Positions 20,222-29,791 of a stretch of DNA of 64,000 nt are shown piece after piece; within the stretch, counting starts at the first letter, position 1; each line of letters opens with the position of its first letter. The notes beneath the pieces were generated by a model. That model had not been told where the DNA came from and did not search any database. It saw only the letters and a program-made list of their open reading frames with translations. The DNA is from an uncultured delta proteobacterium (lineage in GTDB: Bacteria; Desulfobacterota; Binatia; UBA9968), in contig CAVYTU010000014.1 in the NCBI GenBank assembly GCA_963771465.1, forward strand, positions 160,001 through 224,000, in the 5' to 3' direction. A program made the translations under genes and the position numbers.

Positions 20222-20472
20222 GAATCAACTCGGAAGAAATAAATCTTCGTTAAATGCGATCAATTCTTCGCTTGTGCGATATTTGTCAACGAACACAGGC
20301 TCGTGTCCTAACCCAAGCCAATCAATTTCGCTGATTCGAATCGCCAACTACTCCGTTCCGTGTTGGAATCACCTTCACTGTCAGTGAAAAACTGCACCCA
20401 GACCGAAGGTGATTGCAGACAGAGTGCCATTGAAGCGATGCGGCCGATCCAATTCGTGGGCGATCAAGACAA

Positions 20473-21420
20473 CTATTTCTGCCCCATTTCCGCCATCGCT
20501 TCGTTGGCGAAGCGCAGGTCCATGTATTCGGAAGGCTTGCGCTTCGGCTTGATGTTCAGCGCGATCGCTTGCCACTGCGCCATCAACTCCACGCCTTTTT
20601 CCGTCGGCACTGGCACCAGCGCTTCGCGGATCATTTGATAGGCGTCGTGGGCCGCATCGCGGTCTAGGCCGAGACGCTTCATCGCGATTTGCATCGCATC
20701 CTCCGGATTGTCGCGGGTGTGCAGCACCGAGCGCACGATGGCGCGCACCATCCGTCTGACCATCTGCGGATTCTCCTTGATCGTGCGGCTATGCGCCGCC
20801 AGACCCGTGAACGCCGTATCCTTGAAAACATCGGCGAGACTGACGAGCCGTTTCAATCCCGCTTTCATCGCCAGATAGTCCGCCGGCGGTGCCAGCAAAG
20901 CGCCGGAGATGATTCCCTGTTTCATCGCCGCGATCTTCGGTTCGTTGCCCGGCAGACTTATATACTCAACGTCCTTGTCGGGATTGATCTTGTTGAGTTC
21001 TAGCAACGCTTTGGTTCCCGCCGCCGTCGAGCCGCCGAAGGTTACGCCGAGTTTCTTACCCTTGAGATCGGCGATCTTTTGAATGTCCGGGGTCACCACC
21101 AGGGAAAACGTCGGCCGGCCAACTTGCTGCGCCAGAATCATGATGTCGTTGCCTTCCCACACTGCCGGCATTTGCGGTCCGATGGAAAAAATAAAATGGA
21201 TCTGATTGGCGATCAGCGCCTGCACCGCGGTGGCGGCTCCGCGGACGAAGATCAACTCCAAGTCCAGCCCCTCTCGCTTATAGAACCCGCGCTCCGCCGC
21301 CACCATCATGGGAAGGATTTGAATGCTCGGCGAAGGGAACGCGCCGCGCACCGCCTGGCCTTGAGCCCTATCGAAGTTAAGGAAAAGAACAACTAGTGAA
21401 ACAATTGTCATTCGCCACAT
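20473..21420 (-). CDS. NMT1/TauA/SsuA-type ABC substrate-binding protein
   Basis: Signal peptide; GFYKREGLDLELI; IADLKGKKLGVT. Confidence 0.88.
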   Translation of the reverse strand: MWRMTIVSLVVLFLNFDRAQGQAVRGAFPSPSIQILPMMVAAERGFYKREGLDLELIFVRGAATAVQALIANQIHFIFSIGPQMPAVWEGNDIMILAQQVGRPTFSLVVTPDIQKIADLKGKKLGVTFGGSTAAGTKALLELNKINPDKDVEYISLPGNEPKIAAMKQGIISGALLAPPADYLAMKAGLKRLVSLADVFKDTAFTGLAAHSRTIKENPQMVRRMVRAIVRSVLHTRDNPEDAMQIAMKRLGLDRDAAHDAYQMIREALVPVPTEKGVELMAQWQAIALNIKPKRKPSEYMDLRFANEAMAEMGQK

Positions 21421-21621
21421 AAGTTCACTTCTCGCACCTAGGTCTCAATAAAGCGATTACGGACCGGCGTCAAGAATAATCTCGCCGAGCTTGGATAATT
21501 TCTCATCAGCAACTTTGCGCCTTGGCATCTTTGCTCCATATCATCCGATCTTTGGCCTGGAACGAATTGACTTGCGGCTGCCAACCGCGCTAACTGTCAG
21601 GCCATTCTTAGGAGGTGCAAT

Positions 21622-22710
21622 CTGAAGATAACCAATGTCAAAGCATCGCTTCATCGCGTGCCGGTCGAAGTGCCGCTGCTCAAAGAACCCATTGTCACGT
21701 CGGTCCTGTTCGTCGCAGTCGAAACCGATACCGGCATCACCGGCTACGGCCTCACGCGCGGCTCGCAGCGGTTTGCCATGAAGGAATTTATCAACCGCGA
21801 GGCCGGGCCATTCTTAAAAGATAAGAGTCCTCTGGAGACCGAGCGCGTTTGGAACCAGTTGCTCAAACAATTCAACGCGCGCGTCCAGACCGGCATGTGG
21901 AGCTCGGCGGTGAGCGCCATCGACATCGCGCTCTGGGATATCAAGGGCAAACATTACAAAGAGCCGGTCTGGCGTCTGCTCGGCGGCGCGCAGAATCCGG
22001 TGCAAGCCTACGTCACCTTCGGACTTAGGCACTACACCAAAGAGCAGTTGATCGAAGTCGCCAAGCAATTGGTCAAGCAGGGCGAGACGCGCTTGAAGAT
22101 GGTCGTCGCCGTCGATCCGGAGAATCCTCGCATCGACGCCGAACGGGTCAAAGCCGTGCGCAAAGCGGTCGGCGATGAAGTCGAGCTGATGATCGACGCC
22201 AATTACATGTTCTCATTTAATCGCGCGCTCGAATTGTGCAAGCTGCTCGAACCCTATCACATCACCTGGTTCGAAGAGCCGGTTTATCAAAACGACGCTC
22301 TGCTGCTCGCCGACCTGCGCCGCCACACCAGCATTCCCATCGCCGCCGGACAAAACGAAGGCCACCGTTTTCGCCATAGAGAATTAATCGCCAACCATGC
22401 CGTCGACATCGCCCAGCCCAATGTCTGCTCCGTCGGCGGCTATACGGAAGCCGTAAAAGTCGCCGCGCTGGCACAGGCTTTTAATCTACCGATCGCCAAC
22501 GGCGGCGGCTGGCCGCATCACAACATGCATCTGCAAGCCGCGATGGCCAACGGCTGGCGCGTCGAGTTTCATTTTGAAATGTGGGGCGTCGGCGACAAGA
22601 TCTATAAAGAACCGCCCGCGCCGGTCAATGGCTGGGTAACGTTGCCCGACACCCCCGGCTTGGGTCTCGAACCCCGCTTCGATGCGCTCAAAGAGTTTGA
22701 AGAGAAGTGA
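21622..22710 (+). CDS. Mandelate racemase/muconate lactonizing enzyme family protein; probable CTG start
   Basis: SAIDIALWDIKGK, KM, LMIDAN, WFEEP, PGLG; GGAGG RBS at 21611-21615 precedes the in-frame CTG-AAG-ATA-ACC. Confidence 0.9.
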   Translation: MKITNVKASLHRVPVEVPLLKEPIVTSVLFVAVETDTGITGYGLTRGSQRFAMKEFINREAGPFLKDKSPLETERVWNQLLKQFNARVQTGMWSSAVSAIDIALWDIKGKHYKEPVWRLLGGAQNPVQAYVTFGLRHYTKEQLIEVAKQLVKQGETRLKMVVAVDPENPRIDAERVKAVRKAVGDEVELMIDANYMFSFNRALELCKLLEPYHITWFEEPVYQNDALLLADLRRHTSIPIAAGQNEGHRFRHRELIANHAVDIAQPNVCSVGGYTEAVKVAALAQAFNLPIANGGGWPHHNMHLQAAMANGWRVEFHFEMWGVGDKIYKEPPAPVNGWVTLPDTPGLGLEPRFDALKEFEEK

Positions 22711-22746
22711 AGCAGGCAATAGACAAGAGTAGAAAAGTAAAAGCCG

Positions 22747-23737
22747 ATGAGCAAAAAAATCTTTGCACTCGCTCTAAGCGCTATGTTCTTGGCTCTTAGC
22801 ATCCCCACTGCAGGCTCAGCAGCCGACGAAAGTCCCGCGGATAGGATACCTAGCTGCTTCCGCCCTTTCCGCTAACGCGAGCCGCTATGGAGGCATTCCG
22901 GCAAGGTCTGCGCGAGCTTGGCTACGTCGAGGGAAGGAACATTGTCATTGAGTGGCGATACACAGATGGAAAAAATGGATCGCCTGCCCGCGTTCGCGGC
23001 CGAGCTAGTGCGTCTCAAGGTCGACATCATCGTCATCGGGCGGTCCGATACCAACCCGTGCCGCTAAGGAAGCAACCTCCACGATTCCCATTGTTATGAC
23101 CCAGATAGCGATCCTGTTGCCAACGGGTTCGTCGCTAGCCTTGCGCGGCCTGGTGGAAATATCACTGGATTATCAACCCTCGCGCCGGAGCTAAGCGGCA
23201 AGCAACTCGAGCTTTTAAAGGAGATCGTTCCTAAGCTTTCCCGCGTGGCCTTCTTTGGGACTTCAACGTTCCCGGGCAACGCACAAATGTTACAAGAGAT
23301 GGAACTCGCCGCAGGGGCATTAGGAGTAAAGCTTCAATATGTAGACGTACTGGATCCCAAAGATATCGCGACCGCATTCCGAGCCGCGGGCAAGGGGCGG
23401 GCTGATGCAGTCCTTTTTTTGGTGGCCGGCGCTGTCGCTGGTTCGCATCGAACAGAGATATTACAACTCGCTGTAAAGAACCGGCTTCCGGCGATGTACT
23501 TCAGGCAGGAATATGTAGAAGAAGGCGGACTTATGACCTACGGTCGCGAGATACACCGATTTGGACCGGCGCGCCGCTACGTATGTGGACAAGATTCTAA
23601 AAGGCAGGACGCCCGCAGACCTTCCCGTCGAGCAGCCGATGAAGTTCGAGTTCATCATCAATCTGAAAGCCGCCAAGCAGATCGGCCTGACGATTCCGCC
23701 GAATGTTTTGGTGCGGGCGGATAAGGTGATCAGATAA
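22747..23737 (+). pseudogene. ABC transporter substrate-binding protein (ABC_sub_bind type) with several frameshifts
   Basis: Fragments [88 protein letters not shown] lie in different frames. Confidence 0.8.
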
Positions 23738-23923
23738 GGCAACATGCAGAAAAAGTTACTCTGAGTTAGTCCGACGATACGATCGTTGAAGCAGTTCGTG
23801 ATATTCGTCCTTTTCGGCCTCGCCCTAGCATCGCCTTGACGGTTTGGCCTTACCGTATTAGTAACTATCAAGCTCGATTTGACCCGCAATTGTGCTCGCA
23901 ATCGGCGCCCAGGAGGAGAGCGA

Positions 23924-25012
23924 ATGAAAGCCGAACGGCAAACTGAAGTGTTACGCGAAGCGTTCCACGAACGCATGCACGCCAACCACATGTACGGCCT
24001 ATGGGAACTGGCCAGTCAGATGACGGCGCAGCCACAGCCGAAGATGATCGCGCATATGTGGCCGTGGTCGACGTTGGAGCCGATCATCACTCAATCCACC
24101 AGCGCGGTGCCGGTCGGCGACGAGCGGCGCGCATTGCAGTTGTTTAATCCCGGCCTCGGCGGCCGCTGGGCGACGACGAACAATCTGATCGCCGCGGTGC
24201 AAGTGCTCCTGCCCGGCGAAGTCGCCCGCGCGCACCGCCATACGCCGACGGCGATCCGCTTCATCATCGAAGGCACCGGCGCCTACACCGCCGTCGACGG
24301 CGAACGTGTTTACATGGCGCCCGGCGATTTGATTCTTACGCCGAGCTGGTCTTGGCACGATCACGGCAACGAAACTAAACAGCGCGTGGTCTGGATGGAT
24401 GGCTTGGACATCCCGCTGATCGCGTCGCTGGAGGCGATGTTTTTTCAGTTCTATTCTCAGCCGCAAGTAGCGGCGAGCCGCCCGGCCAATACGTCGAAGG
24501 CATTGTTCGGCGAAGGACAACTGAGTCCTACTTGGATCAAAGAAAATTCCAAGACTTCGCCGCTGCTACTTTATTCATGGGAACAAACCTCGGCCGCGCT
24601 CAATGCCTTGCGCAAACACGATGGCAGCCCGTTCGACGGCATCGCGCTGGAATACCGCCACCCGCAAACCGGCGGGTCGGTCATGCCGACGATGGCGTGC
24701 TGCGCGCAGATGCTCCGGCCCAACGAACAAACCAAGGCCCATCGCCACACCGGCAGCGCGGTCTACTACGTCGTCAAAGGCGAAGGCATGACGATCATCG
24801 ACGGTACAAAGTTCACTTGGCGCAAAGGCGACATTATCGCATTGCCGCCCTGGGCGGTGCATGAACACGCCAATAGCTCGGGGCTGGAAGACGCCGTCCT
24901 GTTTTCAATCCAAGACGCGCCGGTGCTGAACGCTCTCGGATTGTTTTATCAAGAAGAATACAGCGAAAACGGCGGACGGCAGAAAGTGACGTCGGCCTTT
25001 GAACCAAAGTAG
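23924..25012 (+). CDS. Gentisate 1,2-dioxygenase-like bicupin
   Basis: ERRAL.L.NPGL, AHRHTPTAIRF, TPSWSWHDH, WMDGLDIPL, second AHRHTGS; AGGAGG RBS. Confidence 0.88.
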   Translation: MKAERQTEVLREAFHERMHANHMYGLWELASQMTAQPQPKMIAHMWPWSTLEPIITQSTSAVPVGDERRALQLFNPGLGGRWATTNNLIAAVQVLLPGEVARAHRHTPTAIRFIIEGTGAYTAVDGERVYMAPGDLILTPSWSWHDHGNETKQRVVWMDGLDIPLIASLEAMFFQFYSQPQVAASRPANTSKALFGEGQLSPTWIKENSKTSPLLLYSWEQTSAALNALRKHDGSPFDGIALEYRHPQTGGSVMPTMACCAQMLRPNEQTKAHRHTGSAVYYVVKGEGMTIIDGTKFTWRKGDIIALPPWAVHEHANSSGLEDAVLFSIQDAPVLNALGLFYQEEYSENGGRQKVTSAFEPK

Positions 25013-25047
25013 TGGTGGCTGTTACCAGCGAAGCGCAGATAATGGCA

Positions 25048-25120
25048 TCACCACGAAGAACACGAAGTTCGAAGTTTAATTATTTAAAACCGTCGTATCC
25101 TTTCGTGATCTTTGCGGGGA
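25048..25120. repeat. Degenerate CACGAAG nonamer-type palindromic intergenic repeat
   Basis: tcaccacgaagaacacgaag ... tttcgtgatctttgcggg, between convergent genes. Confidence 0.55.
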
Positions 25121-25128
25121 ATAGATCA

Positions 25129-26037
25129 TCACAAATTCCGCGCTTGCTTCACTTCTTCCAACTCCTCCAAACTCCGCGGCCAGTCGGCTTTGAGCAATCG
25201 CGATAGTGAGCGATCCGCGAGCAGCTTGCCGCCGGTCTGGCATTTGGCGCAATAGTTGGTCTCGTTTTCCGCATAAACGATGCGCTGCACCGGCGCGCCG
25301 CACACCGGACATGGCTTGCGGTACTTGCCGTGCACCGCCATATCATCGCGAAACGCCGTGACGCGCTCGGGAAAGTTTTTGCCGGCTTCTTTGCGCAGAC
25401 GCTCGATCCAATCGCGCAAACATTCCTCGGTGGCGCGAAAAAGCGTTGCGATTTCAGCATCGCTCAACAGCTTGGACTGTTTCACCGGCGACAATTTCGC
25501 GCGATGCAGAATCTCATCCGAGTAAGCGTTGCCGATGCCGCTAAACACATGGGGATCGGTCAGGATACGCTTGAGGGTGTGGTTCTCCCGCGTCAGCGCG
25601 GCGCGAAAAGCTTTCAAGTCGGCGGCGAATATTTCTAATCCGCGCGGATCGTGCTCCATCAAACTCTCCCGGCCCTTAACCAGATGGAGCGACGCCCGCT
25701 TTTTGGTTCCCATCTCAGTAAGCAGCAACGTCCCGGTCGGAAAATCGAACGCCGCATGACCGTATTTGCGCGGCACGGCGATGCCGCGTTTCTTCCAGTG
25801 AAAACGGCCCGTGATCATCAAGTGGAAAACCAGAAAGAGATCGTCTTCAAGGTCAAAGACGATGCGCTTGCCGATGCGCTGGAAGCCGCGAATTGTTTTC
25901 CTCTCCGCCGAAAGAATCGGCGGCTCGAAAGAACGCAGCAAGAATGGACTGGCGAGCCGAATTTTCTCCAGCGGCTGATTGAGTAAGCGCGCTTCCAGCG
26001 CTTCGATGTAGATCGTGATATCCGGTAGCTCGGGCAT
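25129..26037 (-). CDS. mutM: Formamidopyrimidine-DNA glycosylase (Fpg/Nei family)
   Basis: MPELP N-terminus, GK, H2TH GIGNAYSDEIL, Zn finger CPVCG...YCAKCQ. Confidence 0.9.
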   Translation of the reverse strand: MPELPDITIYIEALEARLLNQPLEKIRLASPFLLRSFEPPILSAERKTIRGFQRIGKRIVFDLEDDLFLVFHLMITGRFHWKKRGIAVPRKYGHAAFDFPTGTLLLTEMGTKKRASLHLVKGRESLMEHDPRGLEIFAADLKAFRAALTRENHTLKRILTDPHVFSGIGNAYSDEILHRAKLSPVKQSKLLSDAEIATLFRATEECLRDWIERLRKEAGKNFPERVTAFRDDMAVHGKYRKPCPVCGAPVQRIVYAENETNYCAKCQTGGKLLADRSLSRLLKADWPRSLEELEEVKQARNL

Positions 26038-26052
26038 GTGGGTGGGAATGGG

Positions 26053-26160
26053 TCGAGGATGGAGGATAGAAGATGGAGGATGGCAATTTCCCGATCCATC
26101 GATCCTCAATCATCCATCCTCGATCCTCGATCTTTTTGCGCCTTGCGTTCTTTGCGGCTA
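26053..26160. repeat. Palindromic heptamer array (GAGGATG/CATCCTC) plus a nonamer half-site
   Basis: gaggatg gaggata gaagatg gaggatg ... gatcctc ... catcctc gatcctc gatc, then tttgcgccttgcgttctttgcgg. Confidence 0.7.
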
Positions 26161-27579
26161 ATTCCGAATCCCCTCTTCCCGCAGCGTCAGAAACTCCTTG
26201 GCCTGCATCGGGAACAACACGCCCAAGAGCAGATCTTCGTCGCACTTCGCCAGCGGCCCCAAGTCTTTAATCGCTTTCTCCCAATCGGCCGGATCGGCCA
26301 TCTCGCCGGAGCGCAACGAATAATCCGGCTCCTTATCTTTCATGATCTTTTTGACCAAATCCTTGTTCACCGTGCCCGGCGGCCGGCCGTATTTTCCCTT
26401 GACGTAATCGCTCGTCTCTTTCGTAACAATCTTGTAGCGCTCGCCGGCGAGAACGTTGAGCACCGCCTGCACGCCGACGATCTGGCTGGTCGGCGTCAGC
26501 AGCGGCGGGTGGCCGAGATCTTTTTCGACGCTGGGCGTTTCTTTTAGCGCGGCGTCCATCAGATCCATCCGCTTGGCTTCCTTCAGTTGCGCCACCATGT
26601 TGGAAATCATGCCGCCGGGAACTTTGTGGATGAACACGTCGGCGCTCACGCCGGTGTAGCCGGTCTCGTATTTTTCATACTTCTCCTTGATCTGCCGCGT
26701 GATCTGCGCCGGCTCTTCGAGAACTTTTAAATCGATCCCGGTGTCGAACGGCGTTCCCGCCAATGACGCTACCATGCTTTCGGTCGCCGGATGGGCCGAG
26801 CCGAAAGATAGCGGCGAAAGCACCGTGTCGATCATATCGACGCCGGCCAAGATCGCCATCAAGTGGCACATGCTCGAGGTGCCGCCCATGTCGTGACAGT
26901 GGAGCAGCACCGGCAGCTTCCCCTTGGCGCGGTCTTTGATTCCTTTGACGATGCGGTACGCGTTGAACGGCGTCATGATCCCGGTGGCGTCTTTGAGCGA
27001 CAACCAGTCGGCGCCGACTTCGATCAACTGCTCGGCATACTCCATCCATTTTTCTAATGTATGAACGGGACTCACCGTGTAGTTGACCTCAACGTGCGCT
27101 TCGCCGCCGAATTCTTTGACCGCCTTGGTCGCGGTTTCGATGTTGCGAAAGTCATTGGTCGCCTCGAAGACGCGAAACACGTTGATGCCGTTGGCCACGG
27201 CGCGCTCGACGAATTTGTAGACGATCTTATCAGTGTAGGGCCGGTACGCGAGAATATGTTGGCCGCGCAAAAGCATCTGCAATTTGGTCTTCGGCATGAC
27301 GGACTTGATCCGTCTGAGACGTTCCCAAGGGTCTTCATTCAAGTAGCGCATGCAGACATCGAAAGTCGCGCCACCCCAAACTTCGACGGCGTAAAAGCCG
27401 CAGTTGTCGATGGATGCGCACAGCGGCAACAGATCGTCGGTCGTCACCCGTGTCGCCAACTTACACTGCTGCCCGTCACGCGGCGTCAGGTCGGTGATCT
27501 GCACGCGCCGGCTGCCCACCGGCTCGGTAAGCAACTTGTTCATATCGGCGGCAAGCTGAGCCAAAATCTCTTCACTCAT
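26158..27579 (-). CDS. Pyruvate carboxylase subunit B / oxaloacetate decarboxylase alpha-like carboxyltransferase without a biotinyl domain
   Basis: RDGQQ, EVWGGATFD, EDPWERLR, QMLLRG, KD, HCH, VPGGMISN, TPTSQIVG; no MKM motif. Confidence 0.88.
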   Translation of the reverse strand: MSEEILAQLAADMNKLLTEPVGSRRVQITDLTPRDGQQCKLATRVTTDDLLPLCASIDNCGFYAVEVWGGATFDVCMRYLNEDPWERLRRIKSVMPKTKLQMLLRGQHILAYRPYTDKIVYKFVERAVANGINVFRVFEATNDFRNIETATKAVKEFGGEAHVEVNYTVSPVHTLEKWMEYAEQLIEVGADWLSLKDATGIMTPFNAYRIVKGIKDRAKGKLPVLLHCHDMGGTSSMCHLMAILAGVDMIDTVLSPLSFGSAHPATESMVASLAGTPFDTGIDLKVLEEPAQITRQIKEKYEKYETGYTGVSADVFIHKVPGGMISNMVAQLKEAKRMDLMDAALKETPSVEKDLGHPPLLTPTSQIVGVQAVLNVLAGERYKIVTKETSDYVKGKYGRPPGTVNKDLVKKIMKDKEPDYSLRSGEMADPADWEKAIKDLGPLAKCDEDLLLGVLFPMQAKEFLTLREEGIRN

Positions 27580-27669
27580 GGAACTTCTCCCTATCCGAAA
27601 TTGTCACGACCGATAATTCGCTTGCACCGTTTATAGGCCATTTCCACCGCGCCAGTAAAGACTCGAAGC

Positions 27670-27742
27670 AGAGTTCACCGCGGCGGCGCAGCGGACGTCG
27701 AGGAGAGCAAGCAATATGCTCTGCACCTCTGCGGTGAATTCT
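27670..27742. repeat. TTCACCGC...GCGGTGAA palindromic intergenic repeat
   Basis: agagttcaccgcgg ... ctgcggtgaattct inverted arms. Confidence 0.6.
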
Positions 27743-27808
27743 ATTTTCCGTTTGGTTCGTGGCTTTCCCGCCTTGCTTTTCCCAGGCGATTCTCCTACAA
27801 ACCGGCTG

Positions 27809-28156
27809 ATGAAGATCGTCAGACTTTACACCGGAGCCGACAACGAATCGCACTTCGAAGACGTCGAAGTTGAGCTACATCCGATCCGCGACATGGCGGC
27901 ATCGGTGCTGCAACCGACGCATGGGATCATGTTCCGTTTTGCCTCGCCGACTCATTTGAGCAACTATCATCCCGCACCCCGACGGCAATATGTGATCACG
28001 CTGTCGGGGCAAGTCGAGATCGAAACCGGCGACGGCACGATTCGCCGCTTCGGCGCAGGCGACGTAATGCTCGCCGAAGACACCACCGGCCGCGGCCACA
28101 TCACCCGAGTCGTCGGCGGCCAACCACGGCACTATCTTTTCATTCCGTTGAAATAG
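27809..28156 (+). CDS. Small cupin-domain protein
   Basis: RLYTGADNESHFED, HPAPRRQYVITLSG, GDV.LAEDTTG.GH. Confidence 0.85.
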   Translation: MKIVRLYTGADNESHFEDVEVELHPIRDMAASVLQPTHGIMFRFASPTHLSNYHPAPRRQYVITLSGQVEIETGDGTIRRFGAGDVMLAEDTTGRGHITRVVGGQPRHYLFIPLK

Positions 28157-28171
28157 GAATCTCCCCTAAGT

Positions 28172-29404
28172 GTGAATGTGGCCGAGCCAAATCCACCGGC
28201 GTCCACGCAACGGGATCGTCTGTCCGTTGTCATCATTCCCTGTGCCAACTTAATACCGTCGATGATGGTGGCGAGCTTGGGCATTGCCTTGCCGGAAATT
28301 CGCCAAAGCTTTGCATTGTCCGAAGTCGCCGCCGGCAGCCTGTTCTCGGTGATGATGATGATCGCCGCGATCACCAGCGCCGTCGCCGGCCGTTTGGCGG
28401 ACAAACTCGGCCGCAAGCGCGTGCTGATCACCGGCTTGAGTTTGCTCGCCGGCGGATTTGGATTCGCGGGCACAAGCAGTCATCCGATTTTATTCTTTAT
28501 GTTTCTCGCCGTGACGGGAATCGGCTACGGCTTCACGACGCCGTCGCTTTACGCCATTATGTCCGACCTGCTGCCGCGCCGGCGCGGCCTCGGCGCCAGT
28601 CTCGTGTCCGTAACCTATGGCATCGGCGGCGCCATCGGCGCCGTGCTTGCGAGCCGCGTTACGTTGGCATTGGGCTGGCGCGCGGCATTCATCACCGTCG
28701 GCGTCATCGCGGCGGTGGACATGCTGCTGCAACTATTCTGGATACGCGACGCGCACCCAAGCCGTGCCATCGTACGCTCCGGCTCGTTTCGCGACGCGTT
28801 ATCATTGTCCATTCTTATTCTCGCGCTCGCCGAATTTCTCGGCGGCTCGGTCTTCTGGGCGTCCGCGGCATGGACGCCAACGTTACTGCGCACGGCGAAA
28901 CGATTGAGCCTCGCTGACGCCGGCTGGATCATGAGCGTGCTCAGCGTCGCCAACATGTTCGGCTCATTTTGCCTGGGACACTTGTCCGATAAATACGGCC
29001 GCAAACGAGTCGTCGCACTTAGCGCCTTTCCCGCGGCGCTCGCCGCGTTCGTGTTTTTCTATTGGCTGCAATCAGCGCTGGCGCTGGCCATTGGCATTGC
29101 GATTTTTGGCGTCATCAAAGCATCCGTGCCAGCGTTAGTCGTCGCCCTCGCTCAAGAAGCCGCGCCGCCGGGCAACGCCGGCAGTGCCGCCGGCGTCATC
29201 ATGTCGCTCCACTATTTTGCCGGAGTCGTCGCTCCGCTGATCGCCGCCCAGATCATCGCCGCCACCGGCGATATCGTCTTGGCGATGATTTTTACAACGT
29301 CGGTGCCACTAATACTTTACGGTTGTCTAATCGGCGCCGTGCGCGAACGTCAGCCATTAGGACGACTCACCACGAAGATCACGACGGACACGAAGACGAT
29401 TTGA
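28172..29404 (+). CDS. MFS transporter
   Basis: GRLADKLGRKR and GHLSDKYGRKR motif A; about 12 hydrophobic segments. Confidence 0.9.
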   Translation: MNVAEPNPPASTQRDRLSVVIIPCANLIPSMMVASLGIALPEIRQSFALSEVAAGSLFSVMMMIAAITSAVAGRLADKLGRKRVLITGLSLLAGGFGFAGTSSHPILFFMFLAVTGIGYGFTTPSLYAIMSDLLPRRRGLGASLVSVTYGIGGAIGAVLASRVTLALGWRAAFITVGVIAAVDMLLQLFWIRDAHPSRAIVRSGSFRDALSLSILILALAEFLGGSVFWASAAWTPTLLRTAKRLSLADAGWIMSVLSVANMFGSFCLGHLSDKYGRKRVVALSAFPAALAAFVFFYWLQSALALAIGIAIFGVIKASVPALVVALAQEAAPPGNAGSAAGVIMSLHYFAGVVAPLIAAQIIAATGDIVLAMIFTTSVPLILYGCLIGAVRERQPLGRLTTKITTDTKTI

Positions 29405-29451
29405 ACAATTATGACTCCGAACTTCGTGATCTTCGTGTCCTTCGTGGTGAA
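29367..29451. repeat. CACGAAG nonamer palindromic repeat overlapping the MFS 3' end
   Basis: tcaccacgaag atcacgacg gacacgaag ... cttcgtgat cttcgtgtc cttcgtggtga. Confidence 0.8.
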
Positions 29452-29470
29452 ACCATTACTTCGCGGCGAA

Positions 29471-29791
29471 TCAACGCATCCAAGAGAATACTAACACTAG
29501 CACCGTCCCAGCCAACATACCCGTAACAGCGCTCTTAGTCTTGTACGCGATGGCGATCGTCAGCGCCAAAGCAACGCCGCGATACGGTGCTGCTTGCGTT
29601 TCGAAGCGCGCGCCGGACATGAACAGCGTGATCGAAATCAGGCCGCACAAAAGCGCATAGGACAAATAACGCAGCAACCGATCCCAAATCTCGGGAAAAC
29701 TTTTACCGACAAGAAACCATTGCGGCAGCGCGCGTAAGACCAGCGCCGAAAGCCCAAGGATGAGAATAAGTTCTATGCGCGAGAGAGCCAC
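29471..29791 (-). CDS. azlD: AzlD-type small membrane subunit
   Basis: LRALP, LRYL...LL..LI; overlaps the azlC end; GTG start. Confidence 0.7.
   Translation of the reverse strand: MALSRIELILILGLSALVLRALPQWFLVGKSFPEIWDRLLRYLSYALLCGLISITLFMSGARFETQAAPYRGVALALTIAIAYKTKSAVTGMLAGTVLVLVFSWMR

Noticed and set aside
20367-20414. AATCACCTTC/GAAGGTGATT hairpin as a riboswitch or ncRNA
   Set aside because: It is a single stem downstream of an SBP gene with no recognisable aptamer; more likely a terminator or stabiliser, and too weak to call.
29367-29451. CRISPR array, here and at the other short repeat clusters
   Set aside because: The units are 7-9 bp in inverted arrangement without unique 30-40 bp spacers, and no cas genes are present.
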